DNA of 57,610 nt, from positions 1-57,610 of the forward strand of contig JYFJ02002395.1 in assembly GCA_000934665.2 (NCBI GenBank), in the 5' to 3' direction. Source of the stretch: Catajapyx aquilonaris. Lineage: Eukaryota. The notes beneath the pieces were generated by a model, which did not search any database, was not told the origin of the DNA, and saw nothing but the letters and a program-made list of their open reading frames with translations. The position numbers were made by a program, and so were the translations under genes. This document shows positions 37,093 through 51,746 of the stretch, in pieces (positions within the stretch are counted from its first letter, which is position 1; each line of letters opens with the position of its first letter).

Positions 37093-38019
37093 AATTTGGG
37101 CCTGAATATTTTTCTACCTATAGGGAAGAAGCTGGTTTGCCATCATTCTTGGTTGTAATCTTCACACTGTTTTACGTAACACCTTCAGCCTTCGGGAAAA
37201 TTAAAAACATCTCGGAGAGACATGTTCTTGCCACATCTAAATATTGTTCCCAAGGTTATCGCCACCTTGCTTCATGCACATGAACTTACCCTACTTCCCC
37301 TTATAAAATACTCTGATACATACCAATGTAATGTTATTGCTTCAAAAGGCATCAGCACGACCACGAATTGTTTACAGGTGTCGCTATGGATATTTGTTAA
37401 TTGATATTTTAATATTGTTATGAAATACTGGAAGTGTACTGTACAAGTTGGACAATAATAATAATGGGCCGTTACGTCACAATGTGTTAACACAATTTTA
37501 ATCCGTCAGTATCAGAGAACATTTTCTTGCAGAACCACTTACTAATCCTGACCCCCTGATCAGGCAGGCAATTTCGAAGAAGCATCATGTGACATCACTC
37601 TTCAGCAGTCCGCCATCATTGTCCAATACAACTCTTCCCCAGCGTCGAAAGCAAAATCTCTCTCTCAGGTCAACCACTGATAGAAACATAGGCACCGAGC
37701 CCCGACCAAACGAGTCCAGCCAAAAATGTCGACCCCCACACTAACCAAGCCCAACGACATTCACAGCATGTCGTCAGTCGCACATCTTGCATATGACAAT
37801 CCTACGTACCTGTGACGGCTGAGAGCTCAAAGCGATTTTTGCAGTTTGCTATGAAGTACATTCATGCTACAGACGCCACTGAAAACTAGGCGGCTGGTTA
37901 TACATATTCATATGATCTCAATTAAGCAAAGACATACAATGCTCAAGAAATAGAGCAAATCATCAACAATCTGGCGTACTAACCAACATGCAGGGAGCAT
38001 GAGAGGCGGATATCACCAT

Positions 38020-39280
38020 GGGAATATTTTATTAATCCAAATACCAGGGACAGACTTCTTCATATCAGTTTATCTGTAACGCATTCTGTCATATTTAGAA
38101 AAAAATGTGTGACCCGGGCATCAGTACGGTATGTATGGAAATGACTTCAAAACAGACCCACATATGGACCAAATAGACAACTTTCCGTGTGCATCACTGA
38201 TTCAATTGAGTAGCAGAAAGCAACGTGCGACATATTTGAAGCAAACATTGCGACACTTTGCACTATTCTAACACAGGTGATCAGTATTACTCTTAACATA
38301 ATTATCAAGTGAATTTTATAGCTAGTATTATTAAAGCAGTAATTAAAGGAACATCACGATGTCGACACCAGTCGAGTCAACTGTTCCCGTTCCAATTATT
38401 CCCGAGGCTCCTTACGTAATACTGTACGATTCAATATCTCGGGAGGATATCAAGTTGTTAGCGAATATAGTCATGCAGCTGCAGGCAGGTGAAGAAGAGT
38501 CAAAATCATTTTTCTTCTTACAGTTGTAACTTTCATTGGAATATGACAATGCGTACTGAAAAGCGGAGCCTAACAGTCATTAAGCAGGTGAGAAATGAAA
38601 TAATTACCTCAATGATAAACCTTTGCGACTCTTTTCACAGACTTGCACAACCCAGATTTACATAAGTTTTGCTGACATTATGCACTTTCCATATTCATTA
38701 CTTGGTCAGAAATTTTTTATTTAAACAAAGTAAAATAAATTTAATAGCTGAAAACTGTTTTCACCTGTTGGCAAGTAGGAGTTTCATTACAATAACTGTC
38801 CACCCCAGTTACTGGAGCAGAGAAAAATTACTCTGCCTAATATCAGCAGGTATGGACTAACGCAGTTTCGATTTCACCAGCGAATAAAAAGCATCATCCA
38901 ACATCACGCTGATCATAATGTCATGCTGTCATATTTTGAAAAACCATGGGCTGGGAACCAATATGTATGGAAATGACACCTTTCAAGACGCCTGCACATT
39001 TCCACAGAGCGACAACATTCCATATGTATCACTGATCCAATTGAGTAGCAGAAAGCTACGTACATAACACATGAAAAACAATAACAGATTTCTCAACTGG
39101 TGTATAATATTTCACGCCATATTGCATACATGAAGTTGAACATTAGTCTGTCGTGAGGCTCATACTCTAATACTGTATGACACGGCATATTAGATGATAT
39201 CAATGATCATGCAGCTGCAGGCAGGTGAAGAAGATTCAAAATCATTTTTTCGTCTTGCTGTTGGAATACTTGATTGAACA
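38020..39280 (+). mobile_element. Two diverged tandem copies of a degraded LINE endonuclease-like segment
   Basis: Shared blocks tatgtatggaaatgac, tcactgat.caattgagtagcagaaagc and tcatgcagctgcaggcaggtgaagaaga.tcaaaatcattttt. Remnant motifs N...DRLL, ICNAF and QIDNF. Confidence 0.5.
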
Positions 39281-42270
39281 TAATTGATGAAGCGTAACAC
39301 ACAGTCATTTACACCTACAAAAACGTACCATTTATATTCCAACTTTTGCATGTAAGGAGACCACAAATGCGTGACAATAACATAATAATAATAACTTTCA
39401 ATATTTACTGCAGGACAAATGACATTGCGCACGGCCACATCTACCGTTTGTACTTGCGAAGGAGGACCTAGAGCTCCTTCAATGGAGCGCATTCCCACGA
39501 ACCATGACGGCAGGACCTAGGATACAGTGCAAGGTTACAGCCCATACGACACCATCCAGATTCAGGAAAAACATTACAGGACATTCCAATGAATCAGGCT
39601 CCATACACATGAGGATTTGTAAGTCCACTACCACCATCGTTATGCCCAATTCACATAACAATTAAGGGTTTGGACTCAAATAAAAAGTAACGCTGGACGC
39701 AATAATAACCTCGTGCAGTACCTACAAGTACAAGCTTGGTACAAGTGTAAATAATGTTCAGGCTGATTGAAAGTACCTTTCTAGAAATGACACAAGTAGT
39801 TCACATCAACTGTTTCCAACTTATCTAAGGACACCCTGACACAACCAATAAGTTCCATGATTAGCACATGTGTGGGACAGATGGAGACAGAAACGAAGCG
39901 GAAAAAGAAGATAGGCAAATCACACGAGCATGATTCCAGCAGACTTTTTTTTTTCTCATCCGGCAGCTGACGAACCCCAATACGACACGACGCAATTCTA
40001 ATTGGACAACAATCAGGTTTTAACTTAGCAATAATATGCAACCGATGAAGTGTGACTCATTTTTATTGTTGGTGGGCAGACTAGTTGCCGAGATTCCATT
40101 ACACTCTTCGCATAATTTAAAGAGAAAAAAAAAATCACACACTTTAAGTAGTATACACTTTTTTTTTCTTTTTTCTTTCTCAAACATTATCACAATTTGT
40201 CGTTCAGAAAAATCTAGGATGTCAGATCCTCTCTTTGTACGTATCGTCGCTTATTGATTTTATTGCGGTTGCTAAATTTTAAAAAAAAATAATAGCTGGG
40301 GGGCTTGTACGGTGCAATTACGATTCGTATTAAGCGACATGACTAGCTGGTATGAGCATTCGCGCAACAGAAGAAGAAAAAAAAATTACATGGTGAAATA
40401 CTTAGGGTCGGTGCACGTTTTATAATTTCATAGGTTCTGGAATAAGAAAACTTTCAGCGTAGAATAATTGTTCATCGAAAAGTACTAGGGTGCTTACTTA
40501 AGCCAACTAAAAACAATTTGCCTTGCATATTGTCTCTCAGCCTTTTTGCTGTGTGGGAGCTATTTAGTATCATCAACCACTCGTGCATTATTTACTTTCA
40601 CTCTTCAGTGCTCCACACTTTTTTTTTTCTTTTGCGAAAGCCTTTTCACATTATGACTTAACCTACTAGTAGCACGAAACACCTTGCGACATCCTATGGA
40701 TATCTACATATCCACTGAATCTCCACTGGATATTTCGATATCCATAGGATGTCACTGTGCTACCTGGAGTTAAATTAAGTGTGTAGCAGATTCAATCTGC
40801 CGAGTGTCACCAACTGAGATTATCAGATAGGCACAGCCATTTCCTTCCGAGGGCTACAATGCCAAAGGATCCTCCCAAGTATTGTCGTGAAACTGTCGGA
40901 CACTTCTTCTGCTTATGTCCCATTTGAAACATGGGAACAAGTTTCAGAACGAGACTTACAACCAATGCACTTATTTCACTGCAATTATTATGGCCGATTT
41001 ACACGAAACCATTAGCTAACCTTAAGCAGAATCAATATTAGGTTAACCCTTGACACTGTCGACATCGAATCGAGATTAGGCTATGAATCGCATGCTTACT
41101 TTACTTGGTCAGATCCCGACACTGTCACTGAAGCATCAAATAAGTGAAAATAAACAGGCGTCAAACCGTGAAATAGTTGTCAAGAATATGAGAAAATTGA
41201 ATACGGTAACCATTTTTCCGCAGAACATGCTTCCTCGTAAAGCTGTGCGAATACAAACGAATGACCAGGCAGTGTGTGATGTTAAACACTTGACAGCACA
41301 TGTCCTGTCCGACAATCTTTGAGATTAAAGGCTTACGATTCTCAACACTTTAATCTCAGGCAAATAATTGTACTGGCTCTGACCAAATTGACTTGGCACC
41401 AAATCATTTACTTATAGGCGAAAAGGTTCAGTCTGCAATTACATGACTTATTTGTTAGTACTGCTGGCTCAACAAATGCTGTGTCCATCCATCGAGCACA
41501 GCGTAAAGCCAAAAAAAAAATGCAGTACTTGGTGCATCAAATTCAAAATAGTGAACATGATGGAGGCAATTAGACCTGCATATAAATAAGACAATTTACA
41601 AAATATACACATGGAATTGTGCGCAGTCGAAAATACTGTAACTGACATTCATCACCCTCTTTACCCCACATACGTGGTCGTAAAAAACATGATCGCCTCA
41701 ATATGAGAAGTAATACGGTACTTTCGTGCAATCCCCAGAAATACTTGTGGCTCGCATCTTCCGAGTTACATTTTGACCACAGTACAAGCAACGTGATGAC
41801 TACATCATTGTAGTACTCGCATGGCATTAAAAATTCTCTAAAACAATGCATGAAATCGGAGCACATCTTTCACGTACAGTCACATGCCAATCCTATCACA
41901 GCGCAACATCAGGATTGGTCGTCAAAAGTACGGAGGAACTTCATGGCTGCCTGCAGATTAATCAGTAATTTTTTTGGCGATAATACTTCATTACCCTGTC
42001 ATATCGCAATTATTGGAAATACAGTATAACCCCGATTATTATCCGACTTCTTGGATCATTAATTTTTTTTGTTGCGTTTCATTCCGTTTTTCTTAGGATC
42101 ATCCGACCACACGTGATGTAATAATAATCGGAGTTCTACTGTAATTATTGTAGAAAAAGTGACACCATAAAGATTGCAGACAGAACCTTTAGGACCTTAC
42201 ACTTTCCCTCTAAATTAGTTTTGCACGAGTGCTGACTCTTTCCGTCACGTCTTTTTCCCTAAGGCGACTG

Positions 42271-45239
42271 CTACCTGAGACTCTGGGGTTGACTAGTTGC
42301 CCCACTGTTGTCCTCTGCTCCTTGCCCGCCTTCCATTTCCTCCTGCACAACTGTGGGCTTGTCTTTGCACAGACAATACAGTCTGAGTACAGCCGCGTGC
42401 TTGAGGCAGCTGGCCTGCGAGCCGTACCTGTTGATTCTGTTCACATCCCCGACCACTTCGAAAGGATCGAAAGCTGATCTCTGCAACAGTGCTTCAAGGT
42501 GCGCACTGTTGGGGGAGGTCTCCACCGAAACCCGCAGCTGCACTACCAAAGACGTACTGGACGGTGAACTACCGGACACAGCGTAGCTGGGGAGCACCAC
42601 CACTGCGGTCAGCACTCGCTAGAAATAGATTGCGTTACACAAGCACATTACGTACTGGATACGAAAAAGGTACCTTCAGCTGCAACATGTAGCACCATTC
42701 GGAGATTGGCTCCAGCATTGCATTCACGTGATCCACAAGCGCCTCAGCTGCCCTGATCACGTCGTCGTCATCATTAGGCAATGGCTCCTCCGCCACGCAC
42801 ACGCAGTATTCGGGCAGCACGCCCGCATCGGCACACGTTCTGTTCTTGCTCACTTGCTGCCTCCACAGCGGGATGCCATACCTGGAGGACGACTTCTCGG
42901 TCACGGGCTGCTCGAAGGTTCGCTCCAGAACATCCCGCAGCATCTCATGGATGTCAAACCAGGAAATCAGCGAGTGGGAATTGGAGACGAGGGTGGGTTT
43001 CAGATGTGGGTGAATGGCTTGCATCCACTTTGGGATGATTATGCTGAGGAAGGGCATGCGCTCCTCTAAGCGGCCATAAATCGTAGAGCGGATGGCATCG
43101 AATCTGACGAGGAAAAGACAAGACAAGTGTTTATTGGATGTTGTCCCTAATAATACTTGTTGAAAATTAGCACATGCCAATTTAATTACAGTTACTGATT
43201 AATCAACAACTACGAGGGTTAATTCCGGGAACTCTGAACACTACTTGACCAACCGACCTATTTCCATGGTCTCCCATGACAATGAGAAGGGTCTTGTCCA
43301 GCAATCCCCCATCCACAGCGCCCTTCAGCATGTCCATCATGTCCTGGTCGATGACTTGAACTTGGTTGATGTCCCCATGGCTGACCTCGGACACAAAGGA
43401 AAACCCAAAGTATCGCCCCTCTTCTTCCCTCTGGGCCCGGAGGAACCTCTTGGCATACTCGAGGATCAGCTGGTGCTTGGGTCTTGACCCGAAGCACAGG
43501 TAGCGCCCTTTCCTGTGCACCGTGGTGTTCTCCGAGGCCATCCAGAAAGGACGCATGTAGTAGTCAACAGGCTGCTGTTTGAACCCCAACGTCGGGTAGT
43601 TGAACAGCGCGTATTGGGGCATGTCTTCCGCATACATTGTGGCATACCTGTACGTACAAAATATGTAATTGGCTGGACTCCACTAGACTGACTAAGTACT
43701 GACCCTGCATCTCTGAAAACATGCCAAAGAAGTGGCATCTGGTCCATGTATCGGTGGGCAAACTCCCTCCTGGGCCACTTGAACTCGTGGTGAGCATCGT
43801 TGGTCGACACTCTCAGGCCAGTCAGGAGGGGAATGATGTTTGGAAAGGTGTTGTCGCCAACTTTTGTGATGCCTCGCATCACAACCGCATCCAGCTTCTG
43901 AGTCAGGTACGCGTAGGTTTTGGGCAGTTGCCGGATAAAATTGGGCTGGGACATGGAATCAACTGCAAGGATAAATATTGATGGGGGCGGAGGGTGGTTG
44001 GGTGACATGGTGAGCGGAGGAGACGGAGTGAACGAGATGGGTTTAGGGAAAATGTGGACGTACTCGTACCACATTGTGGCGCCAGAGACGCACTGGACTA
44101 GACAAGTGTCACCTTTCAGGCGATGAGTTCCACGCAGGACCTGAAGAGAAGCATACACACATGTAGCTAACCGTGCAACTGAAATAGCCTCGTCTGGATA
44201 TGCAGACGAGGCATTGAACTGCTTTGTATTCATGACTTCACATGAGCAACATATCAGAGCAATTATATTCAATTTGATGCAATGAAAGGGATACCCCCAA
44301 CAGCTGGCTTATGTAACGATGATTGACAGGCAATTATGCGCATGAATCAGCTGCTGGGATCATTCGATACCAAGCACTTCCTAAGTGTATTACTCACTAC
44401 TGACATGTCAAATGTGCAATCCAAATTACGCACCTTATAAATCTTTCATGTCACGCAAACACAACACGAAACAAAAACATCCTCAAACACACAATGCGCA
44501 CATGCAATAATATCGAGGGGTTAGTCACTTATGAAGTCATTCCGACAGAAGTCCGTCGTACACTATACTGTGACTAACCCTTCGAATAAAATACATGCAA
44601 TAAACATAAAAAATTAACATGCAAAAAATTAAGAACAGGCAAACCCACACAGTCTACATTCCTATGCGTTGCTAACCTGCGGTGGACCATACGCCAGGTG
44701 ATTGTCGTCTTCTAACCAGACCTCGTAATAGGTGCACCTGACATGTGGAGCTTTAACCTTGAGCAACCTGTGGGCAGTTATGTTTAAAACCAAGGAACCC
44801 TCCTCGTCCATGCTGGTGATGGGCAGCTGGTCTTCCGGGCACACCAGAGGTGGGACCTTCCGCAGAAAAGACTTGATGGCAGGATCGCGTGGATCCAACT
44901 CGGGAAGGACACACTCGGAGTCACTCCCGTTCTTCCCCGATCCGCGTGACACCCAGTTGTCATTCAGGTGAAATCTGCAGAGAAGTACGGTTAGTTCAGG
45001 CCGCATGAGTTGGGCATGTACTGATATCGTTACCTGGAAAAGTATCTGGCGTAAAATTCCCTCTGGACTTGACCCTGATGCATCACGTAGAGCACGTAGG
45101 CCAGTCCCAGAAGCACCAGGAGGAGGTACAGACGCAGACAACGGCGGACCCAGCGCGGGTGAAGCTTCAGCATGCATCGCCAATCCCTGGACGAGGACTG
45201 GAAGCAGTGGGACAGCAGAGGGGACGGGGTCAAGGCCAT
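42271..45239 (-). CDS. DUF229-family type II membrane protein (alkaline phosphatase/sulfatase-like superfamily)
   Basis: Exons 45239-45034, 44974-44677, 44140-43704, 43647-43258, 43103-42674, 42618-42271 with GT-AG junctions. N-terminal TM segment (LYLLLVLLGLAYVLYV). Motifs ILAVDSMS..NFIRQLPKT, KVGDNTFPN, GYATMYAED, GF..QPVDYYMRP, VMGDHGNRF, GRLEERMP, RTCADAGV..EYC.C, R.NRYG.Q..C. Start codon and last exon uncertain. Confidence 0.9.
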
Positions 45240-47710
45240 GGTGGGAGGAAGGGGATGGGGGTGAGAGGAAGGGACCAAAGGGGAAGTGTCCGACGAACAC
45301 ACCCTGCGAAAAGGAGAGCAATGAGAATTACGATGCATCTGGCAACAGGAAATCCGACGTACTACAAAATTGCAATACAAGCGCAGGAAAAAATAATCGT
45401 CATCAGTCGATGTAACCTTGAAGCGATAATGCCTTCCTGACAGGCTTTGACTAGTGACATGTTCTTTGTCGAGTTTGGCAGACCCATAGTCGCACTTTTA
45501 AAATACACTCAATATTTCAATAATGCGCAGTTGTGACAGTAAAAATGTAGAATCACTCCTGATGTTCACGACAGTACATTAAATAGACAACTAAACGTCG
45601 CCCTGTGCAGTCAATAAATCAATTACACTGCAACTGTTCCCTACATACAGTTCAATTAATAGCTTAAGTATTAATTAATAATTCATATGACAATGGGCAG
45701 TATGTGATAAGGTCAAGGTTTACAATCCCTAATATTGAACAGGACTTGCCGTTTAAACATTAGTGATGCAACCACCTCCTAGCCCTTATTAGCTACGGTC
45801 GTAAAAAGTTTTAACTGTTGGAGCGAATATCCTCCAATTGAGAAAAGGAAGTTGATGCGGACCAAGGTTGCTGTCCATTCCGGTGCACATACTAGCTCTA
45901 TTCCTACCAGTTCAGATGAATCGTCACCATTTCAACAACAATTGCTGAGTGTCGATTTAGATGCTAATATACTAGCCTCTATAACTGAGAATTCAGCGTC
46001 ACAGCAACATTAACGCTTATTATTACCACATTTTATATACATTATTTGCATACACAGCCTGCACATATGTGTCCGTCAGCGAGTCATACAAAGCATTTCA
46101 TTTATTTATCACATCATTAATCAGAACTGCTCCCTTTCTGCGAGATAGATGGGGACAGGTGCGGACATAAGTACTTCGGGGCTTCGGTTAATGCAGACAA
46201 AATATTTGATTACAGGACTGTATGACAAAGCTGCATCGGAAGCAGCTGATATTTGATCCCAGAAATTACCACTGCACATTACATCTTTAAAAAAAAAAGC
46301 GGCAACATGAGACCTCAAGGATTATCCTGCTGGACTGTAGCCAAATCCATGTCGCAGAGCAAACTACTGGAAATAAAATCTGGGGGGTCCCGCAGGTGCA
46401 GCGGTTATCAAACATGCATCCGACAGTAATCAATCGAATGCTAATAACATGAAATGAAGGTGTAATTGGTGTGCCTTCGGGCGACCCCAAAAAAAAAAAA
46501 AGTTAATCACATGCTTCGGGCTGATCCATAATGAATCCGCTACATGATCACCCACAAAAAAAAAAAAAGGAATACAGAATTATCTGCAATGAACTATGAA
46601 ATTATCTCTCACGCAATGAAATCCAATTTCACATTATTTGGGCTGCGGAATTATTCGCAAACGTACACCTCCTGTATTAACACATAAATAGAAACATTCC
46701 TCGCAGGTAGTGGGGCAACATGTCCCTGCATTCCAAGACTAAAAAATTTAACGAGAAATTCTGACATGTCGCCTCAAGGCTGCGCAAGTTTCGCACCTGG
46801 CACAGTCTTGGTAATTGCTGACGGTGAAGTACTTTGCAAGCACGGTTAACGCAGTAAATATTCCATATGTTGACTACTGCATGAAGGCCAAGGAATTCAT
46901 CAATACTGTGACACAGAGCAATTTGGCCCAATTATTTACCGCCGGCCGCAATTCGGAAACGGCTGGCAAAATATTATTCCGAACCCTTGAGGAACATACG
47001 CATTTTTCAACCCGACGAAACCGAAGTTATTAAAAATAATGCGAACAAATTGACGTGACTTCACGACTTGCTTGTAGGTAACCAAAGTCGACCCACAATT
47101 TTGGTCCGCCTTTGTCCTGCGGATGCTCGTAAATATTCAACCGCAATAAATTCCTGACCCGCTGTTACGCACGCTCATAAATTACTGTTCCAACTACCCG
47201 GTATCATCACACGTTGTCTCATTTTCACATCCGAAATTACCCCCCTAATTAGCATACACCGACGCTCCCTCATAATCCCTGGCTAAACTGTGCATGTCTT
47301 GGACACAACCAATTTTTATATTATTAAACCCCTGCCTGACCTCCTGAGCATAATGCCCCACCTGATGCCCAGCTAGTCCCCCTTCCCGTACCCGGTATGG
47401 CGGTACGTCTCCCTCTCCACGGACCTGGAACATACAGTACCTCATGCCCTGTGAAGCGTATCCATGCCTGGAACGGTCGCCATCGACCCTCCCTTCGACT
47501 GGTGGTGGTGGCTACCTAGTTGTCCGTCCCCTCCTTCCTTCCTTTCCTTCCACAGCCGGCCACACACTGTCCCTTCCCCCTGCTGATCAATGCCGGCTCA
47601 CAGGAAGCTTCGAGAGGGGGCCACCAGCCGGGTGGATGGAACCAAAGAGACACACACACACAAAAAGGGAGGGCTATTTATATAGGCCTATATAAAAAAA
47701 AGAGTGGGAA

Positions 47711-47864
47711 GTACAGGGTGAGGCGGAAGGTCTCTCTCTACTTGAAACAAAAAAAGTACAGGGTGAGGTAGAAGGTGTCTCTCTCTCTCTCTCTCTCTGC
47801 CAAAAAAAAGTACAGGGTGGGTCATAACAAATTTGTTATGACCCACCCTGTACTATTTTTTTGG

Positions 47865-47895
<31 letters not shown>

Positions 47896-47955
47896 TCTAC
47901 CTCACCCTGTACTTTTTTTAAACATTAAAAAAAATTGTTATGACCCACCCTGTAC
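47711..47955. repeat. Nested palindrome built from five gtacagggtg (mariner-TIR-like) units and (CT)n/(GA)n tracts
   Basis: Perfect 44-bp spacerless palindrome at 47810-47853. Imperfect arms extend to 47749 and 47919, with extra units at 47711 and 47934-47955. Confidence 0.9.
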
Positions 47956-48173
47956 ATTTTTTTTTTTTTTTTAAAGCAGATGGTGGCAACAGGGCAGGTG
48001 GGGAGCAGGTGGGGAGTAATAATATATTGTACACGAAGCACACATGCAGCACTGCACAGCGTGGCCGGAACATTGCTATTTACCAAATGATTCTAATTAT
48101 GGGAATTAATGAGCGGTCCACCAGGTGGATGGTAAAAACCACCGTGAAATTAATGAAAATAACGGCTGGATAA

Positions 48174-48385
48174 GCATTACCAATAAAAGGCTGCGGAATA
48201 CCATGAGGACAGACTCACGGGGCCATGGCGACATTATACCTTTGCAGCAGATCGCCAGGGCAACATTACCATTTCAACGAATTACCATGGCGGCATTACC
48301 AACAAAAGGCAGCGGAATACCATGACGACAGACTCACGGGGCCATGGCAACATCATACCTTTGCAACAGATCACCATGGCGATGT
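48174..48385. repeat. 119-bp period tandem repeat (about 1.8 copies) rich in ccatggc(a/g)ac
   Basis: Units start at 48174 and 48293 (gcattaccaa.aaaaggc.gcggaataccatga.gacagactcacggggccatggc). Confidence 0.85.
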
Positions 48386-49053
48386 TAGCATCGCAGCTGT
48401 GGATTGCATGTCGAGAGATCACCCCCCACAGCTCATGGCAACGCAGATTTCCATGGCAACAGGGTGTGCGAAGAACGGCTCTACTGCCATAGTAATGATG
48501 ATGTTGATGAAATTGGATTTCGATTCGAAGCGAAGCAGATTCAGCCCAACTGCTGCTGGCTTCGCAAAAATGAGGACGAGATGAATAATGTTCTGTTGCC
48601 GACTCTTTTATTCCGGTGAAATTGAAAGTGAGGATAACAAGACGAAACATTTCCTTTTTTAAATTATTTTAATTATGAGCTCTTTTTTTTTCCCTTCTTC
48701 TCCATCATCACAACAGGTAGCCGTGAAACACTTTGGAACAATATCGGCCATAACTTGTAACAAGCCAAAGACACTGTTCGACTATTATGCAACGACCTAT
48801 ATAAACTCTTACAGTCGGAAGTTTTTTAACACTATACGGGAAAAAATATGGTACGTACGTAGTCCGGAGATATGTTATTCTATGCCATATGACTTCTTTT
48901 TTTTTTACTAAGCTTGGAGGAATTTGTTGGAAAACAGGTACATACAACAATGCGCTACCTGAAAAAATTTTACAGCAGTAACAGACGCAATGTTTTAACA
49001 ATACCTCAGCAGATGAAAAGTCCCAAGTTGAATGGAAATTATGATGATAATAA

Positions 49054-49184
49054 AGGTGCGTTTACATGCGAGCGAATTGACGAGCGAAATCTTCGTGTGG
49101 GCTACGTAACCGAAGTAACCGATGAGGCAAAAATCACCTCGGCGACGATTTCGCTCGTCAAATCGCTCACATGTAAACGCCAAG
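49054..49184. mobile_element. PIF/Harbinger-like MITE (same family as 30677-30854)
   Basis: TAA flanks; gcgtttacatgcgagcga.ttgacgagcgaaatc / gatttcgctcgtcaaatcgctcacatgtaaacgc. Confidence 0.8.
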
Positions 49185-49645
49185 TAATAAGTTCGGCACA
49201 ATTAACCGCAACAAATGAGCCGTAGTCTTTCTTGACTATTAAAGTTTAACACATCACAATAACGCAAGCACTTGCAATTACTGTACGCATTATAATTTAT
49301 ACTCTATGAATAACTACTGATATGAGTAATTTCTGTACTCTACACAACTAAATTGTGTTTTTTTCCAGCGTAATTCTCTACAGTCGTTATGTCCAAATAA
49401 ATTACATGAACATCGTAACAATATTAAAAAAAAATCCATCAAACGAGTAATACAAGATATGGAATTTTCCCAAGCTGACCACATGGCAGTGATAATTTTT
49501 TTATATATATAATCTGGCAATTAGGCCTGAAAACCAGGTTTCATTAACCCATATTGACATACACATTATTGTCAAATCACAAAATTAAATGCACAAAAAA
49601 ATATAGTACATGCAGTTTTTTTTCTTCCCAATTATATTCCTCAAT

Positions 49646-51746
49646 TTATTTTCCGTTTGCTTCTTGCCCACCGTGCGGTTTGGCAGTAGGATCGAGACCA
49701 TGCTGCTTCATCTGGACCGCCACATCGAAAAGGTAATCATAGCATTCGCACCTGGAATATACACATTCGAATTACTTATTCGCAACGAGACTAGTGGATT
49801 CGACCTACATGGTTTTGGCCTGTTTCCAAGTTTCACCCCAGACGTAGACTCCGTGACGCCTGACCAACACGGCACTGCAGTGCGGATTGTTCTCCATAGC
49901 CTTATGCATCGACTCTTTCAGGTCAGCCTCGAAACAAGTGTTTTCAATGATGGGTACCCGAAGAGTCTCATCGAACCTGTTGTACCGACCGAGAGAAGGA
50001 TTCCAAATACCCTTGATCATCTCAAGGTGGGTCACCACAAACTCGTTCCCCGGATACAGCAGAGTGGCCATTACAGCACTCTTCGAGTGAGTGTGGATCA
50101 CACATCCAGCCTGCCGCACTGAAAAATCGGAAGAACATTAGTTGTAACAAAAATTCTGAATCTGGAAATAATAAGCAACAATGCTTAAAAAAAGAGCCTA
50201 CGTTTACATGTGAGCCATTTGATCAGCAACGCAGCTGAGCAGTGAAATAAATTGTTTGGGGGCGCAAAAGTAACATTTGCGTTTTGCCCCAAACAATTGG
50301 CTTCATCGCTCAGAGATGCTCATGGCTGTGCATTATTTTTCTTACATGTGGTATTCTGTAACACTTCTACTAATTACGTACTGTGTCAGAGTTACGGCGA
50401 CCAGGGCTCCACGCCAAACTAATTACGTACAGTACAACTTCACTAGACACACAAGCATGTAAAGGCACCCTAGTTAATTATATTAAAAACTTTCTCGTAA
50501 AGTTTCTAAGAAGTAAGATAATTCTTTAAGTTTAAAAACAGGGCCTCAACATCTATCCTGCCATGTAAAAAAAATCATTTGGGTTTCACTGATTAGATAT
50601 AAGGGTCCAAAGTCCAACTGGTGGCACACAGGCAATCATGTACTCAAATTGGCTGCCGGGTCACTACAGAGCTGTTCTTAATTATATTCAGAAACGTATC
50701 AATCATTAAGCAGGTATGAAAGGGAACATGTAATTTTTGCCCACTTGTACGGCTCGGATAGGCCTTGTTCATAAAGGAACTTCCGTATGTCTCGCAATAA
50801 TTATGGCAAGATGTTGCATTAAATTACGCCGCACAAGAAAAGGTGCTGTGTCCGTAACAATATAATAACACCGTATGTTGAAAGCTGCCAAAATAATATT
50901 TTACTGCAGAATTACGGTTGATTAATATTTGTCATGTTATATTACATTATGGAACCTGACGTTGAGCCATGTTGCCGTTACAAGTCATTCAGATAGTGTT
51001 AAAGGCAAATGCGTAACACTGAAATCTACTCAGCATTCCTCATGCATTAGAAGCTAACATATCCACTATCATAACATTCAGCAACGAGGTAAATATATTT
51101 TTTTTAAACCAACAATCCGTAATTTGGTCAAGAAACGCACAAGATTCGCTTTTAAAAAATATTCACTGAAGACCATAAAATTTCTCTGCAAAGCATTACC
51201 AACTGTGCGTACATGTGTATGCACACATGAAGAGTGGCGTGCACTGGCTCTTTTTCAGCTTCTTGGCAGCGGGTGGGCAGGAGATGTCGCGACCCTGCAG
51301 GTCCTGGACGAAAAGATCATCACCTTCAAGCCTCTCCTTCTGAACACCAGACGGGGCAATGTAAATTGAGGGCCTGAAATAAATCACAAATAAAATCCAG
51401 CACCACTTATGTGCAACACAATCTAGTGTGAGCGAACCCATGTTTGATGCTGATTCCTCCTCCAGTTCCAGTGACCCATCCGAGGTGGTAAAACTGACGG
51501 CATAGCTCGGGAATCAACAAACGGGGATGCTCCTGAAAGTAAGCCGGGTTAGCTTCGGACTAATAACAATGCAACATTGCCCGTGTCAAAGGGCGTACGC
51601 TCTCCATACGGGTAACCAGCATGGGGCGTACACTTGTCCTATGTACACATGAGTGTGGTACACCCCCAGCCATGCCATTTTCCTGCCCATACCTTGGCCA
51701 CGAGCTCCTTTCCCTGCAGCTCCGCAGCTGATGCGACAGTCGCCAT
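49646..51746 (-). CDS. APIP: Methylthioribulose-1-phosphate dehydratase (APIP/MtnB; methionine salvage), 241 aa
   Basis: Exons 51746-51693, 51532-51438, 51373-51213, 50118-49809, 49751-49646 (726 nt, in frame). Motifs [102 protein letters not shown]. Confidence 0.97.

Noticed and set aside
47245..47955. Endogenous parvovirus/densovirus terminal hairpin with ORF
   Set aside because: No NS1 or capsid similarity is visible, the hairpin units are TA-CAGGGTG mariner-like termini, and the 66-aa ORF is unrecognisable.
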